Assembly: GCA_951406725.2 (NCBI GenBank)
Contig: OX597816.1
Location: forward strand, 159,650,001-159,714,000
From: Octopus vulgaris
Lineage: Eukaryota
Reading direction: 5' to 3'
DNA length: 64,000 nucleotides
Positions 35,691-50,346 of the stretch are shown here, piece after piece. The position numbers and the translations under genes were made by a program. Each line of letters starts with the position of its first letter. Positions within the stretch are counted from its first letter, which is position 1. Below the pieces are notes generated by a model. That model saw only the letters and a list, made by a program, of their open reading frames with translations, ran no database searches and had not been told where the DNA came from.

Positions 35691-36797
35691 TGTTTAGAAT
35701 TCTTTTAAGAAATTAATGAGTGTCAATATGTTGATTCCTCTATTTTTTGCTATCAATAGAAACAGGCATCCATTTTTGGATACGACAGATTGTGTATATG
35801 ACATTTAATTCTATGTAAGAAATTGCAAGTTAATTTCTCATTTCCTTTTAAAAATAGGAAGAAATTTTATTACCAGAATTTCACAGCAATATTTTGTTTC
35901 TATTTTTATTCTAAAAAAATTTGAATCAGTTGAACATGGAAATAATTATGTCATTAAGATCTGAAAACTACTAATGGTTTTTTTTTTAGTTTTGTATTTA
36001 TTTTGTTTTGATGGTGTGTTTGTATGTCTGGTTGTCCATCTGTCTTCTACTGTTGGCAAGAAAGAAAATGACGCTCACTAGTCGCCCTCTACATGAATTA
36101 CAGTATAGCATGTGCATACACTTTCTCTCCCAGCCTCACACTCACATGGCTAACCCTGCTGTAGATACTACTAACACATACTACTCATTCATGTACTCCT
36201 CACACTAACATCTGTTTCATTGAAACTCCTCTCTACATAGTTTAAAACCCAAAGATCTATGATCTACGTGATGATAATGTTTTGGTGGAAATATTTCATT
36301 CTATGCTCTGCTTCCTGGTTATGAAGTCAGACTTTGTGCGTTTCAGCTTTTTCAAAACATATGGGTTGTTGGGAAGATGGAGGTGAGGGAGGGGCAGGCG
36401 AGAGAAATGTGGGAAATGTCAGATAATAAAGCTTTGTGTATTTTTAGAAATGAAGCCATCGTGCACATCTTGTCCCAGAACATGTCCTTGTTTAAAAGTG
36501 TTTCTGACAAAAATTATCATCATCGTTTTAACCACCAGCTTAACATCAGCTTCCTCCCCCCTCTGCTGATTAAGGTTCACTGGATAAATTTACACAATAG
36601 TGTATTTTCACATATCTGTGGAGATAAACTTTCTTAAAATTTGGTTTAACTCTTTCGTCCCAAATTTTCTGTGGCCCAGTTTTTCTCAGATTTGCTTGTT
36701 CCCAGGCCCACTTCCTCACTGGACTGCCCCTTTCCTGGTCTACCTCTTCTCTTGTCCTTTAATTCTCTTCTGTTATGTAGCATTTCATTCTGTAATA

Positions 36798-37005
36798 TTT
36801 AATCCCTTAATATTCAAACAGGCCATATCTGGCCCAAATATTCTACCTGTTTTATGTTTGAACTGCTAGATCTGGCCTCTCTCGCTTATTCTTCAGTGTC
36901 ATTGTAAAAAATATACAATCACATCATTGAAATCACAAAGCTAAGAGATAAGGCATGGTTAATTGAAAACAATGTGAATAAATAGGCATTGCATTTGACA
37001 GAATA
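36798..37005. mobile_element. TTAA-flanked MITE family 1
   Basis: Homologous to 4707-4939. Confidence 0.65.
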
Positions 37006-37414
37006 TTTAAATATTTAAATAATATTTAAATGGTAATATTTAATTATGGTGCAGCCATCTGGTTCACCAGTCCTCAGTCAAATCGTCCAACCCATGCTAG
37101 CATGGAAAGCAGACATTAAACGATGATGATGAGAATGAAGAGAATGGGAAATAAGTCTTGTGTTTTAACCATTTCTTGAAATTTTTTATTTTTGAAGACT
37201 GTGGGATGTAATTTGGAGGAGATTTGACTGCATTTTCTTGCAGGTCAACCATGTAGAAACTTTCCCTGATGGTAGTACTGTTGCTATTTATCCCTAGATA
37301 AGCTCTGATCCAACAGGGTTATGGGTTCCAACTGTTACCATTGCATATTTTTCTCTTTCCAGTCATAGTGTGTCTAGGCCTACACTATCCAATGTGTTCT
37401 TCCCCTGAGTTATT

Positions 37415-37834
37415 GGCATTAAACTGAAAACTCTACAATGCTTTACATATCTTGGCAGTACAGTATTAAATGATGGACATACTGGTGACACAGATGAGGA
37501 TGGCAAAGGCAAGTATAGCCTTTGGAAGACTAAGCCTACTACATCTACTGATATGGAGCTATCATTTTTTTACTAGCACCAAGTACAAAGTCTGTAGAGC
37601 AATCATCCTATCAGCTCTGTCGTGTGGTGACAGAACCCAAATATTGTGCAGGAGTAAGGTGAAGGAACTTCATGTCAAAAAAATGCATGCTCTAATGATA
37701 CCTATACTCTGGAGAGACCTGGTTCCTAGCAGTGATGTACCAGGGTAGACAAAATCTCTCCCTCCGGAAATTTCTAGTTGCAGAAGGCTTGTGGCTTGTT
37801 ACCCAATAACTGCCAAAGCAATTCATGTACTCAC

Positions 37835-37886
<52 letters not shown>

Positions 37887-37915
37887 ATCTCAGGAGCAGA
37901 CCTGAAGTTGAGAGG
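37415..37915 (+). mobile_element. RTE (BovB-like) LINE fragment, RT domain 7 and thumb region, decayed
   Basis: FTYLGSTV..DG, then RMAKASIAFGRL...STKYKVCRAIILSAL, then LPKQFMYSQL. Confidence 0.75.
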
Positions 37916-38458
37916 AATAGTCATCAATATGGTGACAAAAGGACTTTAACAGACCTAGTTGATCGAATGATTAACCAAATTATTAGTCAGACAATTGATT
38001 TGTTAATTGGTTAAGCAACTGACTAATAAGAAATAAAGAAGGGAAATAGAACTAGTGTGTGTGTTTATTATTGGTATAATGACCCTCCCAAGATCCAACA
38101 ATATGTTTCAATACATGAATTTACATGTATACAAATGAAATACAGAGAGGTAGGAGGAGAAAATAAGGAATGTGCTGAGATAGAACAATAGAGTAACATT
38201 TATCAGTTTTCCATTATTTTCCACGTGCTTCCTGAAGATAGATATCTTCCAGTCCAAGTGTCACTATAATCCAAATTAGGCTAACAGCACGTGTCCTTAC
38301 CAAGTTAGTAAGTTACACTTCTTAATTGGACACCAATGCATACAGTGAAAAATAATGAGTTATGTTTGGACAATAATTCATACAGCTTGACAATTTGTAC
38401 ATTTTACTAAACAATTAACTCTTTCTTTATCATAATTTCTGTTTGAAATTCATTGCCT

Positions 38459-38919
38459 TTTATTACCTCTGCCTTAGTAAAGGTGGAGGTATTGTTTTCA
38501 GTCGTGTTTGTTTGTTAGTCCATGGATAAGATATCTCAAGAACTGCTGAATGGATTTAGATGAAACTTTCCTGGGTTTGGCCTTGTGACTGACACAAACT
38601 GATTAGATTTTGGGATCGATCCGGTACTAGATAAGAATTCTGGATTATATTTCCTGTTTTTATTTTTACTTAATTTTTGAGAGCGGTTGGGTTCATTTTT
38701 AGTATTCTCGTTTTTGAGAGCTGTCAAGTTTGTTTCAGATATTCTCATTTTAAAAATCATCTCTGGCTAATCATTACAAGGATGTTGGTGTTGCCTTGGT
38801 GGAGGTTTGCGCTCTCTGAGTGCTCTTGTTTCAGATATTCTCATTTTAAAAATCATCTCCAGCTAATCATTGAGTACATTGGTGTTGCCTTGGCGAAAGT
38901 TTGCGCTGAGTGCTCATTT
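38459..38919 (+). mobile_element. Helentron-type non-autonomous element (HINE/DINE-1-like) with duplicated 3' end
   Basis: Starts ttattacctctgcc..ggtggagg; 3' subterminal ggtggagg plus hairpin gcgctc-tct-gagtgc; T-rich insertion site; the ~95-bp 3' segment is duplicated. Confidence 0.7.
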
Positions 38920-38964
38920 CAATTAATTTTGAAAATGCTTTTGTTTTTTTCTTTCTTTTTTTTA

Positions 38965-39308
38965 TTTGTTCCAGTTGTGGCTAGGGCACTGCGTTGGTGG
39001 CTTTAGTCAAACAAATTGACCCTGGTATTTATTTTTAAATTCTGGTACTTATTCTTTTGCCAAACTGCTAAGTTATGGAGATGTAAACAAAACAATACTG
39101 ACTGTCAAGCAGCAAGGAAACAAACACACACACACACACACACACAGAGCTTCCTCAGAGTTTCTTTTTACCAAATTCGCTCAGAAGGCACTGGTTAGCC
39201 CAGGGTTATAATAGTAGACACTAGTGCAAGATAACATGCAGTGGAATTGAACTTGAAACCATGTGGTTGCAAAGTAAGCTTCTTATCTACACTGTTGTGC
39301 CTGTGCCT
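38965..39308 (-). mobile_element. SINE family B1, decayed
   Basis: Homologous to the reverse complement of 7891-8305. Confidence 0.6.
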
Positions 39309-39649
39309 ATAACTTTGTCATTATGAAGTTGTTGTTTGGAACATAAATTGACACGAAATTTTGATGGAAGGTTTTTTAAAAATTTAGATGTCTTTAAAAC
39401 AGGAAATTTGCATCATAGATCCAAGGGGTGGTCTTAGGTGAGTTGGTATTGCAAGGGTTAAATCAAACCTAGTACATAAAAGTATTTGTAGGCAAAATAT
39501 GATACGTATGTTTATCTTACTGCAATAAATATATGAATTATTTAACAGACTTGTAACAAACATAGTGTTAATAAAGCAATGAATTTGCTCAATGGTTAGA
39601 ATATTGAATGAAATGGTTAGTCCATATTACTCTGTAAGGATCATAGTGC

Positions 39650-39863
39650 CAGTTTCCTTGTGTCTCTGGTGTATGTAAATTCTTCTTTGGACAAGATGCT
39701 GGTCTGCCACAAGATTACTCATTCTTACCAGCTGAGTGAACTGGAGCAATGTGAAATGAAGTGTTTTGTTCAAGAACACAATGCATTACTAAGACCAGGA
39801 ATTGAAACCACAATCTTACAATCATATGTCCTACATACTAATCACTAAGCTATGCACCTTCAC
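39650..39863 (-). mobile_element. tRNA-derived CORE-like SINE
   Basis: Shares head and core (ccagctgagtgaactggagcaa...caagaacacaa) with 40899-41199. Confidence 0.6.
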
Positions 39864-40898
39864 TTGAAATGCTTTGCAGTATTTATTCCAGCATCTTGTG
39901 GCCGTAGTTCAAATCCTGCTGAGATCAATTTTACCTTTTATCCTTCTAGAGTTGATGAATACCCATTGAAATAAGTGAACTACTGAAGAAATTAGAAAAC
40001 TGGTCAGGAGGTCTTGATCTCGGTACTTATTCTCTTGACATATTTCTTCTGACTCTTTGTTTTCCAAGTTCCAATCCTGCTGTTGTCTGATTGACTGGCG
40101 GACTTAATCAGTTTAACCTCTTGGTCTTTGGAGGGTCTTTAGTTAAGTCCATCCTGTTGCAAGCATTGGGGTCATTTCTTTGGTTTGAGGATACCCTTCT
40201 TGCTTCAGACTAGTCTCAGGGCTCTGTAAAGGGTCATGAGCACTGCCCACCCCTTGTGACTTTTTTATTTATTTATTTCCAAGTGATAAAAGAAAAATGT
40301 GACCTAGTAGAATGAAATATGGCTATTTGGTGTGTCATCATCATCATTATACTTAGTTTCCATGCTGACATTGTTTGAATGGTTTGATGAGTCAGAGAAC
40401 TGAGTCATGTATCAATGTCTACTTTGACATACTTTCTATGCTTGAATGCTCTTTGTAGTATCAGCCACTTTACAGTTTGTATTGGGTGTTTTTTATCTAG
40501 TACAAGCACTGGTAAATGATCACTTCATTACTTGCAAGGCTAACACCCTAAAGTGGCCCCTATAACTGAGGGAGAATAGAAGAAAGAGTGGGTGATAAGC
40601 CTAAACGGAGGATGAAGGAATATGGTAGGGAACAAAGGAAAGAGTTAAGATTAGTGACAGGGTTGAGAAAACAGGAGGGACAGAGTTGTAAAGAGGATAG
40701 GATGAATTTTGTAAATGTGGTCTTGTGTTTTCCAACATTACAATGAGTGAATATGAACAGAACATGTGAAGGAAAGAGGATACATCGGTAATGATAGGAC
40801 AGGATGGAAAGAAATCCTGAGAGAGTTAGTGAAGGAAAGAGAAATTTGGGTGTTGTGTTCAGTTAAAATGTGGTTTGTATTGAGATTAAGTGGAAGAG

Positions 40899-41199
40899 TG
40901 AAGGCACATGGCTTACGATCATAAACTCAAGAGTTTCATTCCTGGTAGCACATTGTCTTTGAATAAGACACTTTATTTCATATTGCTCTAGTCCACTCAG
41001 CTGCTAAAAATGAGTAGTGCTTCTATTTCAAAGAACCAGCCTTGTCACATTATATGTCCCACTGAATCTCTCTGGGAACAACATTAAGGGTCCATGTGTC
41101 TGTGGAGTGCTCAGCCACTTGCACATTAATTTCATGAGCAGGCTGTGCCATTGGTCAGATCAACTGGAACCCTTATCGTTATAACCGATGGAGTGCCAG
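40899..41199 (+). mobile_element. tRNA-derived CORE-like SINE
   Basis: TSD ttaagtggaagag (40886-40898) / ttaggtggaagag (41200-41212); core ttgtctttgaataagacacttt...ccactcagctg..aaaatgagt. Confidence 0.7.
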
Positions 41200-41702
41200 T
41201 TAGGTGGAAGAGATGCCATTTCTGTTCTGAGGTGCCTTCTGTTTAATGAAAGAATAAGAACTTGTTTAGGGTTGTCAAGCGCAGAATGAAAAGGAGTAAA
41301 AATACCCTTTATGCTTTGTGGTAAGTTGCGTTTGAAAAGAGGGCATAACTGGTTAGATGCTCAAACTGTTCTATTGAAATGAAACAGAAAAGCTAAGAGA
41401 ATGGTTGTCTTGAGTGGCTGGCTGAATATTGGTTTCAGATTGGCTAATAAAACCCATGTAAAAATAGTGAACTATTAAAACATCACCTGTTGCAAGAGAA
41501 ACTGTTACATATATAAAGATATACATAGTTATGTATAGATATGTGTGTCTGTGTGGGTTTGTTAGTGTGTGTCTGATTATACTTTAAATAACAGTTGTAA
41601 TTATGAGGAAATATCAGTAAGTTGAGATTGTATAATTTTTCCCTTTACCATGCTTATGCATATACACACCTACACCTGTTGTACATTTAGTGTTCTTCCA
41701 TG

Positions 41703-41703
41703 C

Positions 41704-41778
<75 letters not shown>
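41703..41778. repeat. (CA)n microsatellite
   Basis: Seen directly. Confidence 0.95.
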
Positions 41779-41779
<1 letters not shown>

Positions 41780-43726
41780 TGTTTGTTAGGATAATGATCA
41801 TAAAGTTATTCTGGGGGGAAAAAAACTAATGCAAACCAGCTGTTTGATAGACTAGACACAATACAAATAAGAGCCAATAATTTGTTTAATATCAAGAAGT
41901 GTATGGTACAGTTTTAGAATCTTTTTATTATTTTGAGCAAAAACTGGGGCAAATCAATAATTTAGTCCTTGATCTCTTCTCTGCATTTTTGTATTTGTGT
42001 GTGTGTGTGTGTGTGTGCATGTATGTTTGTGTGTGTGTTTAGTTTTAACATTATTTTTCAGGGCAGGGATAAAGGTTAAGTGGAGGAGGAAGATCAGGTG
42101 TTATGTGTTCAAATCTGTTGCTAACAGTTTGTTGGGTTGGAGAAACTTAAATTGCCTTATCTCAGTTCTTCCTTACTGTCAACGGTAGGGACTAGGTTGT
42201 TGGAATGTTCTTCAGATAAAGCAGCAGGAAATGGTTAATACACTAATTATTGTCTTTGACTGCACATAAAATAAGGTCATTGATCACAATGTAAATAGAA
42301 TATTGATGAAATATATAATTATTAGTCTAAGGTGACACAAACATTGACAAACTAGATGTAATAACTTTGGTGCTTTGAAGAATGTTTTTTTTTTTTTTAT
42401 GGGTGATAGGAGTAAAAATCAAAGTTAATGAGATCACATGATCAGGAATAAACTATCAGGATTTTGAATTTCCTAAAGTAATTTTTAGATTTAGTACATC
42501 AGAGAGTTTAGAGGAAAGCACCTTGCATTCAGTTGTATACAAAACAAGCTTTATGCATCAGCTGGCTTTGCAGTATCTATTATAGAGTTGTTGGTGTTGA
42601 TTAGTCCTCAGTGAGACCTCATCAAGCAGACCTGTTTATCAAACACATTCCAGCTGTGACCATTCCATCTGCTAGATGGCATAGTATGATTTAAGGGAAA
42701 TTTCGCTGCTACTTATAACAGATTGAGCAACAATGTAAAGGCTCCATTATACTGGTCCCACTTAGCTCTCCCCCCTGCTCTCTCCACCACTATTTATAGC
42801 TACAGCAGATCTGCTTTTCGTGATGGCAATTTCCCATACATACTTTGCATATTAACTCTTTCTAAAGACCTCCCCTCTCTGATGGTTCATTATGATCTGA
42901 ACTGAGTATTAGCCACCTTCAGATTTATCCTCTATTTCTGCATCGACCACCTATATAGCTATTAATTCCATTAAGCCCCACCCACTTCAGATCCATCTTC
43001 TATCTTGATTTGCTATAGATCTGTTCTTTCTATTGGCTCACTATAAATCTGTCTTCTCTGTCAATCATTTTAAAATCTTTTGTATGGTTGACCCACATTA
43101 GTCTTGCTCTGTGTTGGCCAACTTTAAAAAATTTACTCTTTCAATTGACCCACTTATAATCTGTTCTCTGTGTTCATCTGTTTTTAATCTACTAAATGTG
43201 TTGATTTTCTTCTCATCTACACCCTGCTCATTTCTGTTATATCTCATTATCTACAGTATGGGTTGGCCACTGTTATGTCTGCTTTGTTGTGGCAACCTTT
43301 AGGTCGCTGCTATGTTTCTCACACTTTACACTTGTTCATTCGCTGACTCCCACAACCTTTACTCAAACTTGTAATCGATCATCAACTCTTTGCCTGGAAT
43401 TTTCTTTTAGATTTGTTATTTCAAATGCAACACACACACACACACACACACAGACAGAGTCAGTTGGGTCTGTTATTAGGTCTGATATTTTTTCTGACCC
43501 ATTTTAGATCTGTCTGTCATATGCTTTCCCAATAATTCTGCCCTTTCTGTTGGCTCTATACATCTGTTATCTATCTTGATCCTTTTCAGATCTGATCTCT
43601 GTCATAGCTACCATCTGCTCTCTGTTGCACCTGAGCACTGTTTACAATAAACTCAATTTCATCATCATCATCATCATCATTATTATTATTAGTAGTAGTA
43701 GTAGTATCATCATCATCATCGTTATT

Positions 43727-44235
43727 AAGGCAGTAAGCTGGCAGAATTGTTAGTTTGTTGTAAAAAAGGATTAGCAGCATTTCTTCTGGCTCCGTACATT
43801 CTGAGTTCAAATGCTACCACAGTCAACTTTGCCTTTCTTTGTTTTGGGGTCAATTAAGTAAGTTCCAGTTGGGTATTGGGCCAATGTAATCAACTTACTC
43901 CATCCCTCAAAATTGCAAGTCTTGCATCTAAATTCAGAAGAATTATTATCGTTATTAAGGCAGCCTTCTAACAGAATTCTTAGTGCGTCAAACAAAATGC
44001 TTTTCAGTTTTTCTCCTGTCTCTTTATGTTCTGTGTTCAAATACCACCAAGATTATGTTTGCCTTTTATTCTTTCAAGGTTGATAAAATAATTACTAGGA
44101 AATGTACTGGCTTCAATATAATCAAATTGTCCTCTTCCCTCACATTTGCAGGTCTCATACCAAAATTCAAAAGAATCATTATTATTATTATTATTATCAT
44201 TAAAAGTGGCAAGCTGGCAGGGTTCTCTACATTCT
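43727..44235 (+). mobile_element. Tandem SINE family C copies in (ATT)/(ATC) tracts
   Basis: taaggcag...agaatt.ttag heads at ~43727 and ~43957, plus a third start at ~44200. Confidence 0.65.
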
Positions 44236-44289
44236 GAGTACTAGTGAAGTGCTGGGGTCAATGTAATCAACTAACAGTTTTTTTTTTTT

Positions 44290-44590
44290 AAAAGCACCAA
44301 CTAAACATCGCCAATGCCAGCACCACCTTGACTGACGTCCGTACCGGTGGCGCGTAAAAAGCACCAACCGATCGTGACTGTTGCCAGCCTCCTCTGGCCC
44401 CTGTGCCGGTGGCATGTAAAAAGCACCCACTACACTCATGGAGTGGTTGGCGTTAGGAAGGGCATCCAGCTGTAGAAATACTGCCAGATCAAACTGGAGC
44501 CTGGTGCAGTCGCCTGGCTTCCCAGACCCCAGTCGAACTGTCCAACCCATGCTAGCATGGAAAAATGAACGTTAAACGATGATAATGACT
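44290..44590 (+). mobile_element. RTE 3'-UTR short copy
   Basis: gtggc.cgtaaaaagcacc subrepeats; ends gttaaacgatgataatga. Confidence 0.85.
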
Positions 44591-44715
44591 CCAAAAGGAA
44601 AAAAAAAAGGCAAAGTTGACCTTATCACAATTTGAACTCAGATTGCAGAGAGTCAGAATAAATTCTCCATGGCATTCTAACCAACACTCTAACAATGCTG
44701 TGAATTTGCACATTC

Positions 44716-44753
<38 letters not shown>

Positions 44754-45282
44754 GCATTTGCCACTGCAACCTGGAACATGAAAAGAACAGTTCCCATGGA
44801 TTTATTGCTTGCTGCTTAATTGTGTTATCAATATATATGTATACAGGTACATTACCAGTTTTCCAGCAACTGATCTCCTTTAATCTAAATAGAATACAAA
44901 GGGGAATTTGAAATTTCCCTGGCCATGAACCTAGTTCATTGCTTAACGAGGGGTGGCATTGTGTATACTGTGTGTTCACATGCATTATTTGCACAGAACT
45001 TGTTAGTGATAAAGCTGAAATTATGAGAGATTCTCTGCTTAATTTGCTTAAAGTTACCATAAGCTATGGCTACTGCAGGTGAGAGAATGAGAGCATCACT
45101 TCTAATGCCAGTCATAAACACCAATTCATATCAATCCAAAATAATGTAAAACTGCTTGTGGTAATTAAGAAGCATTGGAGATGTATAATTAATAAGTTAA
45201 GGAGTGTCAATGAATTATTATTATGTGACCACAGATGGTCTGGCAAAATGGTTAATCTGTAAGGCTTTGGAACCAAAGGATA

Positions 45283-45337
<55 letters not shown>

Positions 45338-45832
45338 TCACTGGGGCATGAAATCATGTTTTTTCAATCAAGTTAGCTTCATCATGAATATACGTAGGTC
45401 ACATATGTATGAAATTAATGTATCTTCACTATATTTAATCTGGAAACAAATTTGAATTCCCTCCACATATCATTATTATTTTAATGTCCTTATTTGCATG
45501 GGTCACACTCAAAGTAGTGTGTGTGTGTGTGTGTGTGTATGCAATCATACATTTATACTTCCACGTTAAAGATAGTGCTCTAGCATATCATGGTCTTTTC
45601 TGTGATAGCGAAAACAAACCACAGAGCCAAGGAGGACATGTGCATATCAGTACAAACACACACACATAGACACAGACGCAGACACTCACATATCAATCAT
45701 CATCATTATCATCATCAATGAACATTTATATACTCCATCATGCAACACATACAAAAGACAAACAAAAACAGATATATATGTGTGTGTGTATACTTGTTTC
45801 TGTCATTAGACTGTGGCCATGCTGGGGCACTC

Positions 45833-45872
<40 letters not shown>

Positions 45873-47179
45873 TGTGTGTGTGTATATATATAGACAGATT
45901 TACATGATACATACACGCATACATACACACACATATGCACATTCATGCATATATATGTACATATGATGTATATAAGTATATATACATATGCATACACTTG
46001 TGTGTGTGTGTATTTTTATATACACCCACATATAGCATGTTCATATGTAAGCACCTGTATATCTCATCAAAATGGCTAAATTTAGACTATAAAAATAAGT
46101 TTCTTGTTAAATGAGAAGCAAAGACTACAGTTAGTCTTCTATACAACTGATTGCAGGTTATATTTTTATGTATTTGACTGTGTTTCTGTAGTATATTTGT
46201 CAGTCAGTCAGTCAGTCACCCTGTAAATTGTGTACATACGTTTGCTCATACACGTGCATACATGGTAGCATTTAGGAGATGCTTCATCATTTTGATGCTG
46301 TTGTAGTGACTTCTTCTTTCTAGAGCAAATTATGAAAGCAACAGAAAGAGTTACAGCACAACTAATTAGGAAGAAAATTAAATCAGATGAAATGAGAATA
46401 CGATATACTTCAGTACTGTGTGAGGGCAAAATACTGTTGATGTCATTTTTTTCTCGCAAGACAGCTACAGAAGTTCTTAGCTAAGGGTGAAACAATATAA
46501 CTAAGAGTGTTAGCTAATATTTGTAAACCTGAACAAGATCTTTGGGCAGAGTACCATGCTCTGTTGAATGGTTACTAATAACTGGTTGTTATTACACACA
46601 TGTATGTGAGTATGTTTCTGGGTGTGTCTGTGTAATGACAAAGATAGAAATGTCTCATAAACATTGGAATTACTCTTTAATTATTTTTATCTTTAATCAA
46701 CATAACCTATTTTTATTTCTTTTTCTTTTATAGCTATTTTCCTATTATTTTACTCTATCAAATATCATTTAGACAGTCAACCCTATGCTGGTATGGTCAG
46801 GGCAGTCTGAGTCAGTTCTTATTCAGACTTACCACTCTCTTAGATGGGTCAGAGGATGACATCTTAATTGTATGTTCTATTTTTGTCATGGCTTCTACCA
46901 TTGGATATCCTTCCAAACATCAGCCATTTTACAGAACATACTGAATACATTTTATTATACCACCAACTTAGTGAGGTTATCATATCTTTGACATGACCAA
47001 AGAATTCTCTGGTGCCTATGTTTCCTCCACTCATTTACCAACCAACCTACTGAATGCCAATGTACTTACCAATGTACTGAATGCATTTTAGCATGGCACC
47101 AGCACTTGTGAGGTTGCCTTGTGTTCAGTAACACTAAACGTTTCTTACTACTCCTGGTTATTTTTTTCCATTTAAGGTG

Positions 47180-48100
47180 AGTCTTGTGTTGTGGAAAGAG
47201 GTAGTTTTGGTGATTTACTTAGTGTGTGTAGTACAGAGTTGGATCAAAATGTAGAGGCTTTTTTTTTGCAGTGTGTTGCTTACAGAACCATCATAGTTGA
47301 GAAATGCGAGATACAAAGATTCCAAGAAGTTGATGGAGGTACTTGTAGCAAAGAAGGAGCATTGGCTGTAGTTTAAGAGTAAGGAAAGCTTTCACACTAT
47401 ATGAACTACAGAGTCATCTGTCATTGTCAAGATCAGGTGTGGGCAACCTTTTTCAAGAAGTGGGCCACTCAAGACTTGGCTCATCATTATGTGAGCCACA
47501 CTACTAAAAAAAATTCAAGGTAATATTTCACTTAGGCATTCCATTCATAAAGTCCTGTAGGCCACAGTCCAGTAGGCTTATGATTGGTCTAGATAAAGGG
47601 CTTACATGAGGTTCAGTTCTAGAGAAGAATCATCCAATTTTTGGGAGGGAGTGATTTTCTGCAAAGGCTGAGGGTCATGTTCTTTTTTGCTTCTACTGCT
47701 GTAGTACAGCTATGAGTAAACCACTTTGGCAACTTAGGGCTGTGGAGGTTGTGTGGAAGGACATACCTAAGATGATGGTTTCAAACACTTTCTTAACTAT
47801 TTCTGGTAGGTCATGGGTCATGCATGTGCTGCCAAGGAGAGTTAGAGTATGGGTGGAATTCCAATGAGTCAGCTCGCTTGAAATGCCATAGGATTCAGGA
47901 TGGAGGGGTATTGCAGATTCTGCGGGTGTGTGGTGAGTAACTGTGATAAGGCAGTGATTGTCAGAAGGACTGATAGGCACAAAGTGATGGTTTGATAGGT
48001 ATTGCTTTTGTAGGTGATAAAGAGCATCTACTTGTCAGAGATGTTTATAGGTTATGGTTTGGTAATGATTGGGCTTGTAGATGATAAAAGATGTCTGTGT
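47180..48100 (-). mobile_element. CR1/Jockey-group LINE ORF2 relic (APE end to pre-RT linker)
   Basis: Frameshifted PISPSDNHCLI (SDH-like), ILWHFKRAD...SPW, ETIILGM, PKWFTHSCTTAVEAKK, then DGSV..QKKA..SNSVL. Confidence 0.6.
47433..47580. mobile_element. hAT-Charlie-like MITE fragment (one TIR) inside the LINE relic
   Basis: caggtgtgggcaacct...gtgggccac start; no second TIR found. Confidence 0.4.
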
Positions 48101-48826
48101 GTCAGTTATAGACTTGTATAAGTGGTGGTTGGTAAAGACTGGATTCATAATTTGATAAACAGCACATATATATTAGTTGGGGATATATCAGTGTGTTGAA
48201 ACTAACTGATGTCAGAAGGTAAAAATTGAAAATGAGTGAAAGTCCCTTGAAATATGGATACAATATTGAACTACTTTTGTACTGATTAAATGATACAACA
48301 CCTGTCAATTAGAAACAACTTAATGGAAAATGATATGTCATAGTTAAGCTTTTAAAAGCAGCACATGCCTCAAAGATACATGTAAGTGATTATTAATACA
48401 TGTAACTTATCATTAATACATACCCCCCCCACACACACACACACACACAGATATGTGCGTGTATATCTGTGTGTATGTTAGCAAAGGTTGACACTCCATG
48501 TTTTCACTTGACATTGTCTCAGTAAAACAAAAGAATTTATGTTTACCTTCACTGCTAACAATTTGTCTTGTAGTTCTGATCTTTCAAAGGACTAGTAGAA
48601 TAAAGAAAATATTATTTACTTGAAGAATGTGTAAGCATTGACACCAGGAATAGCATCTCCTCATTATTAAAAACATTAGTTTTTTTTTCCAAAATAAACT
48701 GATAATATAATATAATAAATGAAAATACCCTTCTCAAAATTAAATTAATTTCAATAATGACAAAACCGCCTATCTCTTCTACTGAATAATTTTTTTGCCA
48801 TTGTTTTCTTTCTCCCTGGCCAATAT

Positions 48827-49116
48827 TTGTTCCTTCTCGAGCCACACCTGGCTCATAAGGGCCGGTTTCCTTGGCATATAGGTTCCCCACCTGGATGGGA
48901 TGCCAGTCCATCGCAGGTGAGCTGCAAGATGCAGGAGGAAAAAGTGAGAGAAAGTTGTGGCGAAAGAGTCAGAAGTTCGCCATTACCTTCTGCCGGAGCC
49001 GCGTAGAGCTTAGGTGATTCACTCATAAACACACACATCGCTTGATCTGAGATTCGAACCCACAATCCCTCGACCACGAGTCCGCTGCTCTAGCCACTAG
49101 GCCATGTGCCTCCACA
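48827..49116 (-). mobile_element. tRNA-derived SINE family D, full length
   Basis: A-box TGGCCTAGTGG, B-box GGTTCGAATC; TSD cctggccaatat (48815-48826) / ccaggccaatat (49117-49128). Confidence 0.85.
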
Positions 49117-50346
49117 CCAGGCCAATATCTGCAATTAGGAGATGACTGTATGTAATTTTACGTTGCTAGGTACTTGTGTAGAGTATCTGCTGTGTGGTTT
49201 AGAGTAGGGTATGTCTTGTGTTATCTGTACAATATTCAATCACTCATTCTTTCTGCGTAGTTTGTAAAGTTTTCATATTTTATACTTGTTTTATTATTAT
49301 TATTGATATCATTTTCACTTTCATACTTCATCATCATCATTGTTTTAACATCCATTTTTCCATGCATGCATGGGTCAAATGGATTTCACTGAAGCACATT
49401 TTCTGTAGTTGAATGCCCTTCCTGTTGTTAACCCCAACTGTTATTTCCACGCAAGATAATATTTCCTCTTGGCTTGACATGTTTTCATAGAAGACTGGAA
49501 ATGAAGGCCATTACTTGTATCATAGTGATGCTTGCATTTTGATTATTTCCATTTCAAGATGTTTATTCTTTGACAGCTTTCCGATTTTTTACAGTTTAGT
49601 TTTGGCTGGACGGGATCAATAAGTCAAACCAAACCAAACAGCACAAATTTTCATTTCTGTCTCTGATTATATTATCTGGGTTATTTGCTTTGACTTCTTG
49701 GTCTCTAAGTATTGTAGTCTTGTCATTAACAAAGCACTGCATTTAGGCATACTTATTCCATTTATCCAATTTTCATGTGGGGGCATCAACATATGACCCA
49801 ACAAATATAATGTCTATGCAATCATATTTGTGAATATATCCTGTATTTCAAGAACTGAGCAGCTGGAAATGAGGTGGTTGATTCTTTTGATTATGTAGCC
49901 CATGGCTAGAATATTCAACTTACGATCATGTGATCATGGATTCAATTCCTAGATTGGGTGATGTGTTGTATTCCTCAGCATAGCATTTCATTTCATTTTG
50001 CTGCAGTTTACCCAGGTGAACATGAGTACCAGCTATGTTCTTGTGCTCCCCTCTCTCTCCGCCAGCTGGCACATCCTTAATGTTCTGCTGAGCCAAAGGT
50101 TGGTGAAACCGAGAGGGCATCCATGTCTGCTCATAACTAGATAGGCCCCCTAAAGCAATAAACTGAATCACAATACATGTAACCAAGCTCTACTCACTTG
50201 TTAGTGATGACCTTAATTTCTTTATTGTTTTTTTTTTCATTTGATACTTGTTAGTTTTTTTTTTTGTTTGGCCAGACATTGATCTTGTGCAGCTATAGCC
50301 TAAACTTTTATTTACTAAAGATTACCATAGTGATCATATCTGTAAT

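Noticed and set aside
46262-46319. 58-nt minus-strand exon candidate (KKKSLQQHQNDEASPKCYH)
   Set aside because: The acceptor is plausible, but the donor T|GTATGC is weak and there is no recognisable homology.
49040-49116. tRNA gene
   Set aside because: The A/B boxes belong to the head of a TSD-flanked SINE; no proper acceptor stem is seen.
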